Positions 26,755 through 32,000 of a stretch of 32,000 bases of DNA are shown here, one piece after another. How positions within the stretch are numbered: position 1 is the first letter of the stretch; each line of letters starts with the position of its first letter. Both the position numbers and the translations under genes were made by a program. The stretch covers positions 2,580,001 through 2,612,000 of the forward strand of contig NC_000962.3 of NCBI RefSeq assembly GCF_000195955.2, given 5' to 3'. The DNA is from Mycobacterium tuberculosis H37Rv. Lineage in GTDB: Bacteria; Actinomycetota; Actinomycetes; Mycobacteriales; Mycobacteriaceae. The notes under the pieces were generated by a model. The model was not told where the DNA came from. It did not search any database and saw only the letters and a list, made by a program, of their open reading frames with translations.

Positions 26755-28321
26755 CCGCGCACTCGACGGTCATCGCTGTAGGCAGCCTCTCGCTTAGGTC
26801 GCTGCCCGCGGTGTGCACGTCACGCGGAAACCATCGCCAGCCGGCGAGAAACACGACAGCCAGTGTTGCAGTGGCGACGAGCAACGCCACCCGAATGCCT
26901 TCGATGAAATCCTCCTCCGCAATCGCGACGGGGTCGCGATGCTCAATGTGCCGCCGGGGGACGATTCCGCCCACATGCGCTCGCGGATTGGCACTGTCGA
27001 TAATGATCTCGGCAAGGACGTGGCGCTGGACCGGGTCGGGCACCGCGCGCTCCAGATGGGGCTCGAGTGTGGCCGAAAGCCAGGCGGCAAGGACGGAGCC
27101 CAAAACCGCGAACCCGATCGTCGAGCCGATCGCCCGCTGAGCACTCATGATGCCGGACGCCATGCCCGCACGCTCGGCGGGGACCGCGGTCATGGCGACG
27201 GTCGTGATCGGCGTCAGGCACAACGCGACGCCGCTCCCGCACAAGCCCAGCCCGACCAGGACCAGGGCCGAGCTCCGGTGCTCGCTGAAGATGAGCATGA
27301 GCAGACCCAGCATCAACATGCACAGCCCCGCCAGGATGGGAACGCGTGCTCCGATCCGGCCAACCAGGTGCCCAACAAGTGGCGACACGATGGCCACGGC
27401 CGCACTGAACGGAAGGATCATCAGGCCGGTCACGCTCGGGGTATAGCCGCGCACGTTCTGCAGGAACTGGGTGGTGAGCAGCAGCATCCCATAGACGGCG
27501 AAGAACACCGTGCAGATGGTCGCGATGGCCAGGGCGTATGAGGTGTCGCGGAACAGGGTCAGATCCATCATCGGATTCGATGATCTGCGCTCAAGCCAGA
27601 CGAACAGGGCGCAGCCGACGGCGGCTGTCCAGAGCATCACGATGGTCTGGACAGACGTCCAGCCGATCTGGGGGCCTTCGATGACCGCATACACCAGGGC
27701 ACCCACGGCAACGATGAACAGCAGCTGCCCGGACAGATCGAAGCGGCGTGCCCGCTCGTTACACGACTCCTCGACGTAGCACAAAGTCAGGAAGAGGACG
27801 AGTGCGCCCATGGGCAGGTTGACATAGAAGATGCTGCGCCACCCCCACTGGTCCACCAGCAGACCGCCCAGTGTCGGGCCCGTCGTCGTACCGATGCTCG
27901 CGATGGCGGTCCAGATCCCGATGGCGCGCGCCTTCTCCTTCGCCTCCGGAAAGGCCGCGCTGACCAGGGCGAGCGAGGTTACGCTGACGGCCGCCGCACC
28001 TAGGCCCTGCGCGCCCCGCGCGGTGGTGAGCACCGCGATTGAGGGCGCCAACCCGCAGGCGATAGATCCCAGCGTGAACAACGAAACACCTATCAAGTAC
28101 CAGCGGCGCCGACCGTCGAGGTCGGCAAGCGTCGCCGCCGACATGATGAAGACCGCCATTCCGAGGCTGTAGGACGCCACCACCCACTGCAGGCCGTCCT
28201 CCCCCACCGCGAAACTGCGCTGGATGTCGGGCAGCGCCACGTTCACGATCAGTGCGTCGAGAAAGATCATGAACAGGCCCAGGCCAGTGGCGATGAGCGT
28301 GAGGAGCTGCGTGCGGTTCAT
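26708..28321 (-). CDS. stp: MFS drug/H+ antiporter, 14-TMS DHA2 family (537 aa)
   Basis: EmrB/QacA-type sequence (LFMIFLDALIVNVALP...; GRRRWYLIG motif A). Its 3' end overlaps the mez 3' end by 47 bp. Confidence 0.9.
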   Translation of the reverse strand: MNRTQLLTLIATGLGLFMIFLDALIVNVALPDIQRSFAVGEDGLQWVVASYSLGMAVFIMSAATLADLDGRRRWYLIGVSLFTLGSIACGLAPSIAVLTTARGAQGLGAAAVSVTSLALVSAAFPEAKEKARAIGIWTAIASIGTTTGPTLGGLLVDQWGWRSIFYVNLPMGALVLFLTLCYVEESCNERARRFDLSGQLLFIVAVGALVYAVIEGPQIGWTSVQTIVMLWTAAVGCALFVWLERRSSNPMMDLTLFRDTSYALAIATICTVFFAVYGMLLLTTQFLQNVRGYTPSVTGLMILPFSAAVAIVSPLVGHLVGRIGARVPILAGLCMLMLGLLMLIFSEHRSSALVLVGLGLCGSGVALCLTPITTVAMTAVPAERAGMASGIMSAQRAIGSTIGFAVLGSVLAAWLSATLEPHLERAVPDPVQRHVLAEIIIDSANPRAHVGGIVPRRHIEHRDPVAIAEEDFIEGIRVALLVATATLAVVFLAGWRWFPRDVHTAGSDLSERLPTAMTVECAVSHMPGATWCRLWPA

Positions 28322-28513
28322 GCGGGCCCCGATCTACATGGATTTCGGTGGCGATCTGTGACCAGACACTAGGCTGCGCCAGCGACGGCGTCAGCCGCTT
28401 CGGTCGATTCGAGCCGAATGGTCGACGGCTGCGGAACCGACCGCAAAACTGGGGCAAAAGGTTCACCGCGGGTGTAAGCCAGCTAGGTGAACCGATCCCG
28501 CTGGCCCATGGCC

Positions 28514-28519
28514 TATAGT
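28514..28519 (+). promoter_or_regulatory. candidate -10 hexamer TATAGT for a leaderless transcript starting at 28526
   Basis: It fits TANNNT. Six nt separate the hexamer from the A of the ATG at 28526, which is canonical -10 to +1 spacing. Confidence 0.4.
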
Positions 28520-28525
28520 GGGCCC

Positions 28526-28594
28526 ATGCAACAGGCCATACAGCTGCGCTTTATCCTCCCGCGCCGCCTCGCCGTGGGCTGTTGTTGTTGTTGA
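28526..28594 (+). CDS. leaderless polycysteine leader peptide, 22 aa (MQQAIQLRFILPRRLAVGCCCC)
   Basis: An ATG at the predicted +1. The ORF ends TGT TGT TGT TGT TGA and lies 200 nt upstream of cysK1-cysE on the same strand. The track hides it because it is under 60 aa. Confidence 0.6.
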   Translation: MQQAIQLRFILPRRLAVGCCCC

Positions 28595-28709
28595 TTCCTG
28601 GCGTCCACAGCAATCCTCGCGCTCTTGCCCGCAAACGGGTGGAAATCGGTGTTCGCCCGCGGCGTACAGCCGCCGCGCACTCACGAGTCGTTCAGAAAGA
28701 TCAACAGCC

Positions 28710-29728
<1,019 letters not shown>

Positions 29729-29731
29729 GCC

Positions 29732-30421
29732 ATGCTGACGGCCATGCGGGGCGACATCCGAGCAGCCCGGGAGCGGGATCCGGCGGCCCCTACCGCGCTG
29801 GAAGTCATCTTCTGCTACCCGGGCGTGCACGCCGTGTGGGGCCACCGCCTCGCCCACTGGCTGTGGCAGCGTGGCGCCAGGCTGCTCGCGCGGGCAGCTG
29901 CCGAATTCACTCGCATCCTGACCGGTGTAGATATCCACCCCGGTGCCGTCATCGGTGCTCGCGTGTTCATCGACCACGCGACCGGCGTGGTGATCGGAGA
30001 AACCGCGGAGGTCGGCGACGACGTCACGATCTATCACGGCGTCACTCTCGGCGGCAGTGGCATGGTTGGCGGGAAACGCCATCCCACCGTCGGTGACCGC
30101 GTGATCATCGGCGCCGGGGCCAAGGTCCTCGGTCCGATCAAGATCGGCGAGGACAGCCGGATCGGCGCCAATGCCGTCGTGGTCAAGCCCGTCCCGCCGA
30201 GCGCGGTGGTGGTCGGGGTGCCCGGGCAGGTCATCGGCCAAAGCCAGCCCAGTCCCGGCGGCCCGTTTGATTGGAGGCTGCCCGATCTCGTGGGAGCCAG
30301 CCTCGATTCGCTGCTCACCAGGGTGGCCAGGCTGGAGGCCCTCGGCGGCGGCCCGCAAGCAGCAGGAGTCATCCGGCCACCCGAAGCCGGGATATGGCAC
30401 GGCGAGGACTTCTCGATCTGA
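29732..30421 (+). CDS. cysE: serine O-acetyltransferase (229 aa)
   Basis: Left-handed beta-helix hexapeptide repeats ([42 protein letters not shown]). It starts 3 nt after the cysK1 stop. Confidence 0.95.
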   Translation: MLTAMRGDIRAARERDPAAPTALEVIFCYPGVHAVWGHRLAHWLWQRGARLLARAAAEFTRILTGVDIHPGAVIGARVFIDHATGVVIGETAEVGDDVTIYHGVTLGGSGMVGGKRHPTVGDRVIIGAGAKVLGPIKIGEDSRIGANAVVVKPVPPSAVVVGVPGQVIGQSQPSPGGPFDWRLPDLVGASLDSLLTRVARLEALGGGPQAAGVIRPPEAGIWHGEDFSI

Positions 30422-30678
30422 GGCAATACCCGGCCGCCGACAATGCCTTCTTCGGCGCCGCCCACCGACGCGCATCATCGGCTGCTAGCCCCCGCACCGG
30501 GTTCCGTCCTCGCCGAATTCACCTCGGGCCGGAGGTTGAGCTGCTTGGGCTTCGGCAGCCGAAACCGGGGCGATACAAACGTGGGTTGCGGATACGACCG
30601 CTTTGCGACGCGGTTTGTCCAACGCAGGCTTGGAAAACTTCTCCAAGCACGAGCGAGATTACTGATTCGAATTGGCTC

Positions 30679-30707
30679 TTGACAGCACCGGCGAAGAGGT
30701 GTAGAGA
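30679..30707 (+). promoter_or_regulatory. candidate sigma70-type promoter TTGACA-17 nt-TAGAGA upstream of the low-GC gene
   Basis: A perfect -35 hexamer at 30679-30684 and a 17-nt spacer. The imperfect -10 has A rather than T as its last base. Confidence 0.25.
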
Positions 30708-30836
30708 TGCGAATCACTATGTGGACAGCAATCTTTGGAAAGCTCTTGCTGTCAAATCCGTCACGAACCTATGCTTAGCGATACCTTGCGCCAAACATGC
30801 AGTCGCTTGACCGTTGAGATCGCTGAGGTATCGGCC

Positions 30837-31805
30837 ATGGATGTCCCTCACGAGCAGCCAGCCCTCTCTTCGAGCAAATCGAATCGCTTTACTTCGCAAA
30901 GGCAAACAACTGGTGTGGGAACCACCACTGTTGAACGGCTCGAACCGCGGTTATCTCCCGCGTCCCGCCACATCACTGAGGCTAAAGCTTTCGGCACCGA
31001 GTGCCACGTAAGTTCCTTTACCCGTGAGCAGGATCCCGACAGGGCGGTCCGTGTGGAGCAGATCCACGGTGAAGCGTATGTCGCCGCCGGCCATGTGTAC
31101 GAATCTGCGCTCGATGAATTGGGCCGGCTGGACAATTCCAACGCCGAGTTCATCCTCGACAAGGCACGCGGTAGCACCCGAGAAACCGAGGTCATATACC
31201 TGCATGCGGTTCCCGCGGAGCCCCTCTCCGGCAGCCAAGGCGAAGGAGGCCTGCGAATAGTCGGCATTTCCGCTGTGGGGTCAATTGACGACCTCAGTGC
31301 ATTTAAGGCCGCCAAACCGTCGATGGGCCTGGCGCATCAACGCAAGCTTTATGACGCGATCGAAGACCTGGGTCACGGCGGGGTCAAGGAGATTGCGGCA
31401 TTATCGGTTACGGCCGATGCCCCTCCCACGGTGTCGTATTCGCTCATCCGGGAGGTTTTGCGCTTGTACCACCGAACCGGCGAAAAATTGATAATCACAT
31501 TTGCCATGCCAGCATACGCCAAGATGGTGATGAATTTTGGTCGATTTGCGATGCCTCAAGTGGGCGAACCGTTCTATGCGCACAGAAATAATGACCCTAG
31601 GACATCGAATGATCTCTTGCTGGTTCCCTCAATAGTCGAGCCATCGAATTTTCTCGAGAATATTTCCCGCGGGGTCGTGACAGCGGATGACGGCCCGACC
31701 GCGAGAAGGCGATTCGCCACCCTATGCTATATGACCGACGGCCTTGATGACTATTTCATGCCGTTGACTCGGCAGGTCCTTAGCGAAGGAATCCAAGACA
31801 TCTGA
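30837..31805 (+). CDS. hypothetical protein in a low-GC segment (Rv2336-like, 322 aa)
   Basis: ATG at 30837 after GAGGT. G+C is clearly lower than in the rest of the window, for example 29/60 at 31501-31560. I cannot assign a domain with confidence. Confidence 0.75.
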   Translation: MDVPHEQPALSSSKSNRFTSQRQTTGVGTTTVERLEPRLSPASRHITEAKAFGTECHVSSFTREQDPDRAVRVEQIHGEAYVAAGHVYESALDELGRLDNSNAEFILDKARGSTRETEVIYLHAVPAEPLSGSQGEGGLRIVGISAVGSIDDLSAFKAAKPSMGLAHQRKLYDAIEDLGHGGVKEIAALSVTADAPPTVSYSLIREVLRLYHRTGEKLIITFAMPAYAKMVMNFGRFAMPQVGEPFYAHRNNDPRTSNDLLLVPSIVEPSNFLENISRGVVTADDGPTARRRFATLCYMTDGLDDYFMPLTRQVLSEGIQDI

Positions 31806-31868
31806 GTTCTGGAAGCGGTAATGGGCGGTCGGGCGTGCGCAACTCCGGCAACAAACAGCTTGGAGCTT

Positions 31869-32000
31869 TTACGCGAAGCGGGATTCACTATCCGAACCAG
31901 ACCGCTCGGCAGGGGCATAGCAATAAGCTTCAACCGATTGACGCATTGTGCGAACTGACGGCGCCCGCGCATGGCCAATCCGGAAGACCATCATTGGCCA
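31869..32000 (-). CDS. 3' end of a minus-strand ORF running off the window (possibly Rv2337c-like)
   Basis: The reverse frame is open from the window edge to the TAA at 31869-31871 (..WPMMVFRIGHARAPSVRTMRQSVEAYCYAPAERSGSDSESRFA). Only 43 codons are visible and codon bias is moderate. Confidence 0.35.
   Translation of the reverse strand, partial: WPMMVFRIGHARAPSVRTMRQSVEAYCYAPAERSGSDSESRFA

Noticed and set aside
31751-31978. A 75-aa minus-strand ORF overlapping the end of the low-GC gene.
   Set aside because: A different minus-strand frame stays open to the window edge and stops at 31869, which makes it a better candidate for the convergent neighbour. The 75-aa ORF overlaps the 3' end of the plus-strand CDS and has a basic, low-complexity translation.

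Overview
High-GC actinobacterial chromosome. From the protein sequences and gene order I recognise it as Mycobacterium tuberculosis complex, H37Rv region about Rv2308 to Rv2336. This is from memory; no search was run and the locus tags are recollection. Left to right: (1) 1-5050 is a decayed mobile-element patch around a tRNA-Met(CAU). It holds a DUF433/HTH antitoxin-like gene followed by a multiply frameshifted PIN-like gene, and a truncated, frameshifted tyrosine integrase whose catalytic Tyr is replaced by His. It also holds two broken Xis/AlpA-like HTH genes, an excisionase-family HTH gene that seems to have lost its N-terminus to a frameshift, and a C-terminal relaxase/helicase fragment. 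(2) Housekeeping and accessory operons follow. These are AhpD-like/PmbA/TldD (minus strand), uspABC sugar ABC permeases plus binding protein with no ATPase, and an arginine/ornithine catabolic operon (amidinotransferase-like, split rocD1/rocD2, rocE, tandem USP) with a divergent AsnC/Lrp regulator. Next come an ECF-like transporter (TM domain fused to two ATPases, plus EcfT) with a divergent MarR and a perfect centred palindrome, then PE23, narK1, lppP, mez, stp, cysK1-cysE and a low-GC gene (Rv2336-like). The best lead is the cysK1 leader: a TATAGT -10 box placed to start a leaderless 22-codon ORF ending in four consecutive Cys codons, plus a second uORF overlapping the cysK1 ATG. This matches the polycysteine attenuator class already reported in mycobacteria, so it is probably not new. 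I found no CRISPR array, rRNA or intact IS element. Many long alternate-frame ORFs in the track are high-GC artefacts.
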